Both the position numbers and the translations under genes were made by a program. Shown here in pieces: positions 36,928 through 45,829 of a stretch of 64,000 nt of DNA (positions within the stretch are counted from its first letter, which is position 1; each line of letters opens with the position of its first letter). This DNA is from Burkholderiaceae bacterium (GTDB lineage Bacteria; Pseudomonadota; Gammaproteobacteria; Burkholderiales; Burkholderiaceae_C): positions 75,719 through 139,718 of the forward strand of contig JAHCKM010000006.1 of the NCBI GenBank assembly GCA_026125795.1, given 5' to 3'. Below the pieces are notes generated by a model. That model was not told the DNA's origin. It made no database searches and saw nothing but the letters and a program-made list of their open reading frames with translations.

Positions 36928-38118
36928 TCACTTGCCGCCGTAGCTGATGCGGTAGATCGCACCGGCGTGATCGTCACTCACTAGCAGCGAGCCGTCTTTC
37001 ATCACCAGAAAGTCCGCGGGCCGGCCGAGGTAGTTGTTGTTCTCGACGAAGCCGGTCATGAACGGCTCGACCTTCGCGCCGCCTTTGCCGTCGGGCCACG
37101 CGACGAACACGCCGTTGTACTTCTGGGTGCGGTTCCACGGTCCGTGCTTGGCGATGAACATCGCACCCTGGTACTTCGCCGGGAACATCTTGCCGGTGTA
37201 GAACTTCAGGCCCAGCGAGCCGGCGTGCGGGCCCAGCAACGCCGCGGGCTTCTGGTAGTCGCTGCACGACTTGCCCCAGCCGAACTCGGGATCGGGAATG
37301 TTTCCCTGGTGGCAATACGGGAAGCCGAAATGCTGCTTGCCCGGCTGCGTGACGACGTTGAGCTCGTCGTTGGGCAACTCCTCGCTGAACCAATCGCGCC
37401 CGTTGTCGGTGAACCAGAGGTGGCCGGTCTTGGGGTCGAAGTCGAAGCCCACCGTGTTGCGCACGCCCGAGGCGACGACCTGGAGGTCGCTGCCGTCCAG
37501 CTTGATGCTGTAGAGCTTGGCCCACTCGCCCGGATCGCAGATGTTGCACGGCGCGCCGACCTCGTAGTACAGCCTGTCGTTCTTGATGCGCAGGTACTTC
37601 CAGCTGTGGTCGCCGCCGCCGGGCAGCTTGTCGTAGATCACCTTGGGCTCGCCGAGGCTGTCGAGTTTGCCGTCGACGTTGTCGTAGCGCAGGATCTTGG
37701 TGTTGGTGGCCACGAAGAGCGAGCCCTTGTGGTACTCGATGCCGGCGGCCATCTCCATCTTGTCGATGATCACCTTGGCCTCGCGCTTGCCCTTTTCGGG
37801 AATGCGGTAGACCTTGTTGCCGACGAACAGCGTGCTGACGATGATGTTGTCATCCGGCCCCTGGCGCAGGCCGCGCGCGTCGAGCACGTTGGAGGCCCAC
37901 ACCTCGGCCTTGAAGCCCGGCGGCAGCTTGAACTTCTTGATCGGCAGCTGATCGGCCGGCGTCGGCACCGGGAACGCCGGCACCGGCGCCATCTTCATCG
38001 CGGTCTCGGTCTTCGGGCGGCCCTTGGCCCAACCCGGCTCTTCGGGTGCCTGCTGGGCCGACGACGCTGCGGCGATACCCAGCGCAACTAGCGCAATGAA
38101 CGATCGAACGTGTCGCAT
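36928..38118 (-). CDS. PQQ-dependent sugar (glucose/sorbosone) dehydrogenase family protein
   Basis: ATG 38118 is preceded by AGGAGA and followed by a signal peptide. The beta-propeller body carries GVRNTVGFDFDPKTGHLWFTDNGRDW...ELN...GKQHFGFPYCH. Confidence 0.9.
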   Translation of the reverse strand: MRHVRSFIALVALGIAAASSAQQAPEEPGWAKGRPKTETAMKMAPVPAFPVPTPADQLPIKKFKLPPGFKAEVWASNVLDARGLRQGPDDNIIVSTLFVGNKVYRIPEKGKREAKVIIDKMEMAAGIEYHKGSLFVATNTKILRYDNVDGKLDSLGEPKVIYDKLPGGGDHSWKYLRIKNDRLYYEVGAPCNICDPGEWAKLYSIKLDGSDLQVVASGVRNTVGFDFDPKTGHLWFTDNGRDWFSEELPNDELNVVTQPGKQHFGFPYCHQGNIPDPEFGWGKSCSDYQKPAALLGPHAGSLGLKFYTGKMFPAKYQGAMFIAKHGPWNRTQKYNGVFVAWPDGKGGAKVEPFMTGFVENNNYLGRPADFLVMKDGSLLVSDDHAGAIYRISYGGK

Positions 38119-38214
38119 CCGCTGTCTCCTCATGGTGTTATGGACGAACGAAGAAGCCGCCGGATTCTTGGTGCACGGGCGGCGCGGCGCCGACCGCTCA
38201 ATCAATGACCATGC

Positions 38215-38243
38215 TTGTAGTAACCGCTACGTGGTTGTAGCAT
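38215..38243 (+). promoter_or_regulatory. candidate chrBA promoter (TTGTAG-17 nt-TAGCAT)
   Basis: It lies in a locally AT-richer patch. The -10-like hexamer ends 7 nt before the chrB ATG at 38251, which implies a leaderless or near-leaderless mRNA. Confidence 0.3.
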
Positions 38244-38250
38244 TCGAGAC

Positions 38251-39195
38251 ATGAATCGCTGGCAACTGCTGGTGCTGTCGCTGCCCACCGAGAACGCCAC
38301 GGCACGCATGCGCGCCTGGCGCACGCTCAAGGCCTCGGGTGCCGCGGTGCTGCGCGACGGCGTGTACCTGATGCCGGCGGCCGACGGCCATGCGCGATCG
38401 CTGCAGACGGTGGCCGACGACGTGCGCGCCAACGGCGGCGAGGCCCAGGTGTTTCACGCCGAGCCGCACGACGGCGCCGACTACGGCGCGTTGTTCGACC
38501 GCGGCCCCGATTTCGGCGCCCTGCTGGGCGAGATCGCTGCCTGCCGCGCGGCCTTGTCGGAAGACACCGGCTTGCAGGTGCTGAAGCAGGCGCGCAAGCT
38601 GCGCAAGGCCTTCGAGCAGCTGGTGGCGATCGACTTCTTTCCCGGCGAGGCCCAGGCCCAGACGGCTGCCGCGCTGCAATCGCTCGAGACCGATGCGGCC
38701 TTGGCCAGCGCGCCCGACGAGCCGCATGCCGCCGCGCGGCCGGTCGGGCCGCTCGACGCCGCCCAGTACCGCAACCGTGTGTGGGCGACGCGGCGCCGTC
38801 CCTGGGTTGACCGGCTTGCCAGCGCCTGGCTGATCCGCCGCTTCATCGACCCGCAGGCGCGCTTCCTGTGGCTGAAGTCGCCGGCCGATTGCCCCAAGCG
38901 CGCGATCGGTTTCGACTTCGACGGCGCCACCTTCACGCACAGCGGCGCGATGGTCACGTTCGAGACCTTGCTGGCGAGCTTCAGCCTGCAGACGCCGGCG
39001 CTGCTGCGCATCGGCGTGCTGGTGCATGCACTCGATGCCGGCGGCGTGATCCCGCCCGAAGCCGCCGGTGTCGAACGGGTGCTGGCCGGCATGCGCGACG
39101 CGATCGCCGACGATGACCGGTTGCTGCTTGCCGCCGCCGGCGTGTTCGAAGGGCTGCTGGTCGCGTTCGAGAAGGAGAAGGAGAAGGCCGCATGA
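38251..39195 (+). CDS. chrB: chromate resistance protein ChrB
   Basis: The N terminus MNRWQLLVLSLPTENATARMRAWRTLKASGAAVLRDGVYLMP is typical of ChrB. It overlaps chrA by 4 nt (ATGA). Confidence 0.85.
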   Translation: MNRWQLLVLSLPTENATARMRAWRTLKASGAAVLRDGVYLMPAADGHARSLQTVADDVRANGGEAQVFHAEPHDGADYGALFDRGPDFGALLGEIAACRAALSEDTGLQVLKQARKLRKAFEQLVAIDFFPGEAQAQTAAALQSLETDAALASAPDEPHAAARPVGPLDAAQYRNRVWATRRRPWVDRLASAWLIRRFIDPQARFLWLKSPADCPKRAIGFDFDGATFTHSGAMVTFETLLASFSLQTPALLRIGVLVHALDAGGVIPPEAAGVERVLAGMRDAIADDDRLLLAAAGVFEGLLVAFEKEKEKAA

Positions 39196-40577
39196 ACGAG
39201 CAGACGGCCGGCTCCGCCGCCGTGGTCCCTGACCGCGATGCCGCACCGGCGGCCGTCGGCTTCTGGGACGCGTTTCGCTTCTGGCTCAAGCTCGGCTTCA
39301 TCAGCTTCGGCGGCCCGGCCGGTCAGATCGCCATCATGCACACCGAGCTGGTGGAGCGGCGGCGCTGGATCAGCGAGCGGCGCTTCCTGCACGCGCTCAA
39401 CTACTGCATGGTGCTGCCGGGCCCGGAGGCGCAGCAGCTGGCCACGTACATCGGCTGGCTGATGCACCGCGCTTCAGGCGGCATCGTCGCCGGCGGCCTG
39501 TTCGTGCTGCCGTCGCTGTTCATCCTGATCGCGCTGTCGTGGATCTACATGGCGTACGGCGAGCAGCCGGTGGTGGCGGGCCTGTTCTACGGCATCAAGC
39601 CGGCGGTGACGGCGATCGTCGTGCACGCCGCGCACCGCATCGGCTCGCGCGCGCTGAAGAACGGCGTGCTGTGGGCCATCGCGGCGGCGGCGTTCGTCGC
39701 GATCTTCGCGCTCAACGTGCCGTTTCCGTTGATCGTTGCCGCGGCGGCGCTGATCGGCTACGCCGGCGGGCGCATCGCGCCGGAGCGCTTTCGCGCCGGC
39801 GGCGGCCATGGTGCCGGCAAGGCATCGCTGGGCCGTGCGTTGATCGACGACGACACGCCGGCGCCGCCGCATGCGCGCTTCAAGGTCGGGCGGCTCGGCA
39901 CCGTGATCGCCATCGGCCTGCTGCTGTGGAGCGCGCCGCTCGTGCTGCTGGTCGCGCTGCAGGGCCAACACGGCACGCTGCCGCAGATGGGCTGGTTCTT
40001 CACCAAGGCCGCGTTGTTGACCTTCGGCGGCGCCTACGCGGTGCTGCCGTATGTGTACCAAGGCGCGGTGGTCAACCACGGCTGGCTCACCGGCACGCAG
40101 ATGATCGACGGCCTCGCGCTCGGCGAGACCACGCCCGGGCCGCTGATCATGGTGGTGGCGTTCGTCGGCTTCGTCGGCGGCTGGCAGGCGAGCGACCTGG
40201 CGGCGCTGTTCGGCCCCGACCGGCGTTTCGTCGCCGCCGCGCTGGCCGCCGCCATCGTCACCTGGTTCACCTTCCTGCCGTCGTTCGTGTTCATCCTTGC
40301 GGGCGGTCCGCTGGTCGAGGCGACGCACGACGACCTGAAGTTCACCGCGCCGCTGACCGCGATCACGGCCGCGGTGGTCGGCGTGATCGTCAACCTGGCG
40401 CTGTTCTTCGGCTGGCATGTGCTGTGGCCGGCCGGCAAGGACGGCCCGTTCGAATGGCCCGCAGCCGTGATCGCGCTGGCCGCGGCCATCGCGCTGTTCC
40501 GCTTCAAGCGTGGCGTGATCGAGGTGATAGCGGCCTGCGCACTCGCTGGACTGGCCTGGACCTGGGCCGTCGGATAG
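39192..40577 (+). CDS. chrA: chromate efflux transporter ChrA (long, two-CHR-domain form)
   Basis: The sequence FRFWLKLGFISFGGPAGQIAIMHTELVERRRWISERRFLHALNYCMVLPGPEAQQLATYIGW is present, and the second half repeats the motif (LLTFGGAYAVLPYV...GLALGETTPGPLI). Confidence 0.95.
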   Translation: MNEQTAGSAAVVPDRDAAPAAVGFWDAFRFWLKLGFISFGGPAGQIAIMHTELVERRRWISERRFLHALNYCMVLPGPEAQQLATYIGWLMHRASGGIVAGGLFVLPSLFILIALSWIYMAYGEQPVVAGLFYGIKPAVTAIVVHAAHRIGSRALKNGVLWAIAAAAFVAIFALNVPFPLIVAAAALIGYAGGRIAPERFRAGGGHGAGKASLGRALIDDDTPAPPHARFKVGRLGTVIAIGLLLWSAPLVLLVALQGQHGTLPQMGWFFTKAALLTFGGAYAVLPYVYQGAVVNHGWLTGTQMIDGLALGETTPGPLIMVVAFVGFVGGWQASDLAALFGPDRRFVAAALAAAIVTWFTFLPSFVFILAGGPLVEATHDDLKFTAPLTAITAAVVGVIVNLALFFGWHVLWPAGKDGPFEWPAAVIALAAAIALFRFKRGVIEVIAACALAGLAWTWAVG

Positions 40578-40585
40578 GAGAGACC

Positions 40586-40939
40586 ATGAACTTCATCACC
40601 GTGGCCGAGCTGGCGCTGTGGCGCCAAGCCGGCTTTGCATTCAAGTTGCTCGACGTGCGTCGCGCGCAGGCGCGAGTCGCCGACGGCAGCGACATCGAAG
40701 GCGGCACCTGGCTCGATCCCGCCCAATGGCTCGACTGGAAGGACCAGGTGCAGGAGCTGTCGCCGAAAGGCGCGCCGGTGGTCGTGTACTGCGCGCACGG
40801 CCACGAGATCAGCCAGGGCCTGACCGCCGCGCTGCGCGCGATGGACATCGACGCGCGCCACCTCGAAGGCGGCATGTCGGCCTGGAAAGCCGCGCAGCAA
40901 CCGACGGTCGCCGTGCCCGCGCGCGCGGCGCGGTCGTGA
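40586..40939 (+). CDS. single-domain rhodanese-like protein (ChrE-like position)
   Basis: ATG 40586 is preceded by GGAGAG. The active-site loop has a Cys (VVVYCAHGHEISQG), followed by LEGGMSAWK. Confidence 0.8.
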   Translation: MNFITVAELALWRQAGFAFKLLDVRRAQARVADGSDIEGGTWLDPAQWLDWKDQVQELSPKGAPVVVYCAHGHEISQGLTAALRAMDIDARHLEGGMSAWKAAQQPTVAVPARAARS

Positions 40940-40955
40940 ACCGCAGGAGCAGACC

Positions 40956-41912
40956 ATGCGTCATCCCATCACACCCATCCACTGCCGTCCGTGGACACTG
41001 AACGGCCTCTCGCTGCAATTGATCGAGAGCCACTACGAGAACAACTACGGTGGCGCGTTGCGTCGCTTGAACGCGATCCAGCAAGACCTGGAGAGGCTCG
41101 ACTTCGCCAGCGCGCCGGGCCATCTGGTCAACGGCCTCAAGCGCGAGGAGCTGGTTGCGCTGAACTCGACCTTGCTGCACGAGCTGTACTTCGCCTGCCT
41201 GGCGTTCGGCGACGGTCGCCCCACCGAGGCCCTGGCGCAGGCGCTGGCGCGCGACTTCGGCTCGGTGGACCGCTGGCGCGACGAGTTCGTGGCAATGGCC
41301 GGCGCGCTGGCCGGCGGCTCGGGCTGGGTGCTGCTCACCTACGTGCCGCGCGACCACCGGCTGGCCAACCAGGTCGCCGCCGAGCACACCCAGGCCATCG
41401 CCGGCGCGATCCCCGTGCTGGCGCTCGACGTGTACGAGCACGCCTATCACATCGACTTCGGCGCCAACGCGCGCGCGTACATCGACGCCTACATGCGCAA
41501 CATCGACTGGAAGGCGGTGCAGGTGCGCTACGAAGACGCCTGCGGCGTGGCACCGCCGCGGCCGCTGGAGCAGCCCGAGTTCGGCGACATCGATGCGGTG
41601 TCGGTCGAGGACGTGCGCGCGATGATGCAGCGCGGCGATCCGGTGCAGATCGTCGATGCACGACCGCGCCACTACGTGTCGCGCACGCGGGACATCATGG
41701 ACGGCGCCACCTGGCGCGACCCCGAGCGCGTGCAGGAGTGGCAGGGCGAGCTGTCGAAGGACCAGCCGGTGGTGGTGTTCTGCGTCTACGGTTTCCATGT
41801 CGGCTGCCGCACCGCGCGCGTGCTGCGCGACGCCGGCTTCGACGCCAAGTACATGGCTGGCGGCCACGCGGCCTGGCGCGCCATCGGCGGCAAGACGCTT
41901 GCCTACGGGTGA
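40956..41912 (+). CDS. Fe/Mn superoxide dismutase-like domain fused to a C-terminal rhodanese domain (ChrC-like)
   Basis: The N-terminal ~200 aa carries the SOD C-terminal signature DVYEHAYHIDFGANARAYIDAYMRNIDW and candidate His ligands (ESHYENNY, LLHELYF). The C-terminal ~110 aa is a rhodanese domain with Cys (VVVFCVYGFHVGCR...YMAGGHAAW). Confidence 0.8.
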   Translation: MRHPITPIHCRPWTLNGLSLQLIESHYENNYGGALRRLNAIQQDLERLDFASAPGHLVNGLKREELVALNSTLLHELYFACLAFGDGRPTEALAQALARDFGSVDRWRDEFVAMAGALAGGSGWVLLTYVPRDHRLANQVAAEHTQAIAGAIPVLALDVYEHAYHIDFGANARAYIDAYMRNIDWKAVQVRYEDACGVAPPRPLEQPEFGDIDAVSVEDVRAMMQRGDPVQIVDARPRHYVSRTRDIMDGATWRDPERVQEWQGELSKDQPVVVFCVYGFHVGCRTARVLRDAGFDAKYMAGGHAAWRAIGGKTLAYG

Positions 41913-41919
41913 GGCGACC

Positions 41920-42975
41920 ATGGCAACCAAGACTCCCGCGCCGCGGTCGCTGGCGCTGCTCTATCCCGGAGACCGCGCGATGCGCGAACGCGCCGACCCG
42001 GCCGAGAGCCGCTTCGCCGCGCTGTTCGAGGCGTGCCGCGCGGCCGGCATCCGCGCCGAACCGGCGGTGTACCACGACGACTTCGCCGACGAGGTGCGCG
42101 CGCAGCTGCTGCGCGTGGATGCGGTGCAGGTGTGGTGCAACCCGATCGAAGGCGGACGCCGCCGTGACCGGCTCGATGCGATGCTGCGCGAGGTCGCCGA
42201 AGCGGGCGTGCTCGTCAGCGCGCATCCCGACACGATCCTGCGCATGGGCACGAAGGACGTACTGGTGGCCACGCGCGAGCTGCCGTTCGGCAGCGACGTG
42301 CAGCGCGTCGACTCGCTGCAGCAGTTGCGCGACGAGCTGCCGCAGCGCCTGCAGCGCGGCGCGCGCGTGCTCAAGCAGCACCGCGGCCACAGCGGCATCG
42401 GCATCTGGCGTGTCGAGTTCGCCGACACGGGGCACGACGTGTCTCGCATCAAGCTGCGCCACGCGCCGCGCGGCAGCGAAGAGGCGGTGGTGAACCTCGA
42501 CAGCGTGCTGGCGACGATGGCGCCGTACTTCGAGCCCGCGGCCGGCGGCCACATGGTCGACCAGGCCTGGCAGCCGCGGCTCACCCACGGCATGGTGCGC
42601 GCGTATCTGGTCGGCGACCGCGTCGGCGGCTTCGGTCACCAGGCGGTCAATGCGCTGTACCCCGCTTCGAACGGCGAGCCACCGCCGGCCGCGGGACCGC
42701 GGCTGTACCACCCCGCCGACGATGCGCGCTTCCAGGACCTGAAGGCGCGGCTGGAGTCCGGCTGGATCGACCAGTTGTGCGCCTGCGTCGGCGTGTCGTC
42801 CCAAAGGCTGCCGCTGTTGTGGGACATGGACTTCATGCACGGCAATCCGCAGGCCGATGGGACACCGAGCTACGTGATGTGCGAGATCAACGTCAGCAGT
42901 GTGTCGCCGTTTCCGCCGTCGGCGATTGCGCCGCTGGTGGCGGCGCTGCGGCGCCGCCTCGCGCACCGGGCCTGA
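41920..42975 (+). CDS. ATP-grasp-like hypothetical protein (possibly Cj0069 family)
   Basis: ATG 41920 lies inside ORF 41656..42975, 8 nt after the previous stop. The segment VLKQHRGHSGIGIWRVEF and the C-terminal CEINVSSVSPFP resemble ATP-grasp-type families. The family name is from memory and uncertain. Confidence 0.7.
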   Translation: MATKTPAPRSLALLYPGDRAMRERADPAESRFAALFEACRAAGIRAEPAVYHDDFADEVRAQLLRVDAVQVWCNPIEGGRRRDRLDAMLREVAEAGVLVSAHPDTILRMGTKDVLVATRELPFGSDVQRVDSLQQLRDELPQRLQRGARVLKQHRGHSGIGIWRVEFADTGHDVSRIKLRHAPRGSEEAVVNLDSVLATMAPYFEPAAGGHMVDQAWQPRLTHGMVRAYLVGDRVGGFGHQAVNALYPASNGEPPPAAGPRLYHPADDARFQDLKARLESGWIDQLCACVGVSSQRLPLLWDMDFMHGNPQADGTPSYVMCEINVSSVSPFPPSAIAPLVAALRRRLAHRA

Positions 42976-43059
42976 GGGTTCCGGCGCATCGGGTCTTGGC
43001 GCAGATCGGGTGGGCGCGTCGGCGCCTGCCTATCGTTGCAGGCCATTCTCGGAGTGCGC

Positions 43060-43251
43060 ATGCTGCCCTTCAGCCGCGAGCAGTCCATTGACGTCTTCGC
43101 GCAATACATCGCGGCGATCTGGCCGGTGCAGGCCGCCGCGGCGCTGTTCGGCGTGGCCATCGTCGTGGCGCTGTGGCGCCGCACGGGACTCGCGGCGACG
43201 TCGCTGTTGTGGCGCCGCCGCCCGATGCGAGCGGCGGCCGCGGCGGCTTGA
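43060..43251 (+). pseudogene. probable 5' fragment of a membrane-protein gene (DUF6064-like N terminus), truncated
   Basis: MLPFSREQSIDVFAQYIAAIWPVQAAAALFGVAIVVALWRR looks like the first ~45 residues of a ~200-aa membrane family. The ORF then runs into an Arg/Ala tail and stops after 63 aa. Confidence 0.35.
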
Positions 43252-43298
43252 TCGAGCGCGTTCAACGGATCCACGCCACCGCGGTGCTGCGGCCTGGC

Positions 43299-43865
43299 TC
43301 AGGCGCCGAAGGTCAGAGCCCCCGTCGGCAGCGGCTTGCCGAGGGCCGATGACAACGCGGTCCAGTGCATCGTCTCGTCGGCCGCCAGCCGTGCAGCCAC
43401 CTGGCCCAGCGTGCCTTCCTTGAACGCCGGGATCACGCCGAGGTAGGCATTGGTCGCGCCCAGCTCGAGCCTGGAGGCCAGCGTCAGCACGTCGGCCTGG
43501 CTCTTCAGTGATGCGGCGTTGAGCGCCTTGGCATAGTCGTCGAGCGACTTCTCGGAAACCGGCTTGCCGCCCATCTTCTGAATGGTGGCGATCAAGGCGT
43601 CGCGATGGCCCTTGTGGTGCGACTGGAACAGCACGGCCACGTCGAGCACCGGCTTCTGCAGCAGGCCGCTCGTGGCGCCGAGTTGATAGGCATTGATCGC
43701 CTCGTGCTCGAGGCCGAGCGCGATGTTGAGGATGTCGACGTCCTGGCCCATGTCGGACTGCGCGTGGGCGCGGCCGACGGCGGTGCCGGCCAGTGCCGCG
43801 ACCGCGGCGGCAGACAGGGTCATCCGGCCCGAGCGGGCGAGGAAGAAGCGGCGTTGCTGGATCAT
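43299..43865 (-). CDS. Tat-exported ferritin-like domain protein
   Basis: ATG 43865 gives the twin-arginine signal MIQQRRFFLARSG...AHA. The ferritin-like four-helix motifs are ALGLEHEAINAYQ, FQSHHKGHRDAL, ELGATNAYLG and ADETMHWTAL. Confidence 0.8.
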   Translation of the reverse strand: MIQQRRFFLARSGRMTLSAAAVAALAGTAVGRAHAQSDMGQDVDILNIALGLEHEAINAYQLGATSGLLQKPVLDVAVLFQSHHKGHRDALIATIQKMGGKPVSEKSLDDYAKALNAASLKSQADVLTLASRLELGATNAYLGVIPAFKEGTLGQVAARLAADETMHWTALSSALGKPLPTGALTFGA

Positions 43866-43974
43866 GGGGTTCTCCGTGGTGGTTCCGATGGGTGCCGTGG
43901 TCCGGTCACGGGCAGGTGTTACGCGGCCGGTACGCACTCGGATGCGGGCATGCGGAGCGCGCTATCGTCTGCAC

Positions 43975-45339
43975 ATGGCCAACCCATCGAGGGTCGTGAT
44001 GACCCATGCGACCCACGCCATCCGCCACACCGTGCTGTCGGTGCGCGATCTTCTCGTCACCGCGGGTCCGTTCGTCGTGCTCGCGCTGGTGCTGCTGGTC
44101 GTCGCCTACTGGCTGCTCGACCCCACGCCGCCGCGCCGCCTGGTGATGGCCACCGGCACCGAGCGCGGCGCGTACGCCGAGTTCGGCACCCGCTACGCCA
44201 GGATCCTGGCGCGCCAGGGCATCCAGGTGGAGCTGCGCCACTCGCAGGGCAGCGTCGAGAACCTCGCGCTGCTGCGCGACCCCCATTCGGGCGTCGACGT
44301 GGCGTTCGTGCAAGGCGGCGTCGAGACGCCGAGCGACGGCAATGATGCGATCAATGAAGGCCTGATGTCGCTCGGCAGCCTGTTCCACGAACCGGTGTGG
44401 CTGTTCTACCGCGAGGATTCGGCGCGCCGCTTGCTGAAGACGCCCACCCTGACGCGGCTGTCGCAGCTCACCGGCTGGCGCATCAACGGCGACACCGAAG
44501 GCAGCGGCGTGCGCGCGATGGTCAACCAGCTGCTCGAGGCCAATGCCGTCGATCCGCGCGGGCTGACACTGTTGAAGCAGCCCACCACGCCGGCCGTGGT
44601 GTCGTTCCTCGAGGGCGAGATCGACGCCATCGTGTTCGTCTCGGCGCCCGAGTCGCTGATGGTGCAGATGCTGCTGCGCACGCCGGGCGTCAAGCTGTTC
44701 GACTTTGCGCAGGCCGAGGCGTACTCGCGGCGCTTTCCGGCCCTGAGCCCGGTGACGCTGCCGCGCGGCATCGTCGACCTGGCGAGCGACCAGCCGCCGC
44801 AGGACGTGCGGCTGGTGGCGCCCACGGCGATGATGCTGGCGCGCGAGAGCACGCATCCGGCGCTGGTGCAGCTGCTGGTGCATGCGGCGGCGCAGATCCA
44901 CGGCGGCGCGGGCTGGTTTCGCCACAAGGGCGACTTTCCCAACACCCGCAACACGTCGCTGCCGATCGCCGCCGAGGCCACGCGCTTCTATCGCGACGGC
45001 GTGCCGTGGCTGCAGCGTTACCTGCCGTTCTGGCTCGCCAACCTGGTCGACCGCATGTGGGTGGTGCTGATCTCGATCATCGCGGTGCTGATCCCGCTGT
45101 CGCGCATCGTGCCGCCGCTGTATCAGTTTCGCGTGCGCTCGCGGGTGTTCCGCTGGTACGGGCAGCTGCGCGCGCTGGAAGAGTCGGTCGGCAAGCGGCC
45201 GGCCGACGAGCTGCACCGCGCGTTGGACGAGATCGAACGCAAGGTGGGCCAGGTGCGCGTGCCGCTGTCGTATGCCGACGAGCTGTATTCGCTGCGCAGC
45301 CACATCGCGATGGTGCGCGGCCGGCTCGGCACGGGCTGA
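43975..45339 (+). CDS. TAXI-family (TRAP-type) solute-binding-like protein with N- and C-terminal membrane segments
   Basis: It has an N-terminal TM (LLVTAGPFVVLALVLLVVAYWLL). The binding-domain start RLVMATGTERGAYAEFGTRYARIL...SQGSVENLALL is typical of TAXI. The C-terminal part has a TM (MWVVLISIIAVLIPLS) and an amphipathic tail. The start is 43975 or 43999. Confidence 0.8.
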   Translation: MANPSRVVMTHATHAIRHTVLSVRDLLVTAGPFVVLALVLLVVAYWLLDPTPPRRLVMATGTERGAYAEFGTRYARILARQGIQVELRHSQGSVENLALLRDPHSGVDVAFVQGGVETPSDGNDAINEGLMSLGSLFHEPVWLFYREDSARRLLKTPTLTRLSQLTGWRINGDTEGSGVRAMVNQLLEANAVDPRGLTLLKQPTTPAVVSFLEGEIDAIVFVSAPESLMVQMLLRTPGVKLFDFAQAEAYSRRFPALSPVTLPRGIVDLASDQPPQDVRLVAPTAMMLARESTHPALVQLLVHAAAQIHGGAGWFRHKGDFPNTRNTSLPIAAEATRFYRDGVPWLQRYLPFWLANLVDRMWVVLISIIAVLIPLSRIVPPLYQFRVRSRVFRWYGQLRALEESVGKRPADELHRALDEIERKVGQVRVPLSYADELYSLRSHIAMVRGRLGTG

Positions 45340-45350
45340 AAGCCGGCGTT

Positions 45351-45387
45351 AGAAACAAACGAGGGCAGGCGTTGTCTGCCCTGTTTG
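45351..45387. terminator. bidirectional rho-independent terminator
   Basis: The stem GGGCAG (45363-68) pairs with CTGCCC (45376-81) around a 7-nt loop. It is followed by TGTTTG on the plus strand and by TCGTTTGTTTCT on the minus strand. It sits between convergent stops at 45339 and 45408. Confidence 0.6.
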
Positions 45388-45407
45388 ATGCGGTGCGTGC
45401 GAAGGGC

Positions 45408-45602
45408 TTATTTCTTCGCGGCAGCGTCTTCTTTCTGCGCGCGCTTCTTGGCGGCCTTGGTCTTCTTCTTGGCCGGCGCGCTGGCTTTGCCGGCGGGCTC
45501 GGCCGCCTTCATCGGTGCACCGCCGGCGTGCGAAGCCGCCATCGCAGGGGCCGCCACGGCGGCCGCAACGGCAAACAGGACAGAGGAGATCAGCTTGGTC
45601 AT
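45408..45602 (-). CDS. small secreted Lys/Ala-rich protein (64 aa)
   Basis: The signal peptide MTKLISSVLFAVAAAVAAPAMA is followed by ...KASAPAKKKTKAAKKRAQKEDAAAKK. Codon third positions are GC-rich as in neighbouring genes, and the terminator lies just downstream. Confidence 0.5.
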   Translation of the reverse strand: MTKLISSVLFAVAAAVAAPAMAASHAGGAPMKAAEPAGKASAPAKKKTKAAKKRAQKEDAAAKK

Positions 45603-45829
45603 GACGTCACTTTCGTTGAGATGAGTCGTTCGGGTCGTTCGCCCTCGGCCGCCCCTCCAGGCAGCCCCAAGATCGAGGACCCGGGCAGTCTACGGTTCAG
45701 CCCGCGATTCGGTTGACGCCGATGTCGGCCGAATGCAACGGCTCTGTGACGACGGCGCTGCCCGGCGGCCGAAGCTGAAGGCCAGCTGAATCCAGGCGGG
45801 TGTCCACGGCGTAAGTAGGATGCCCGCCG

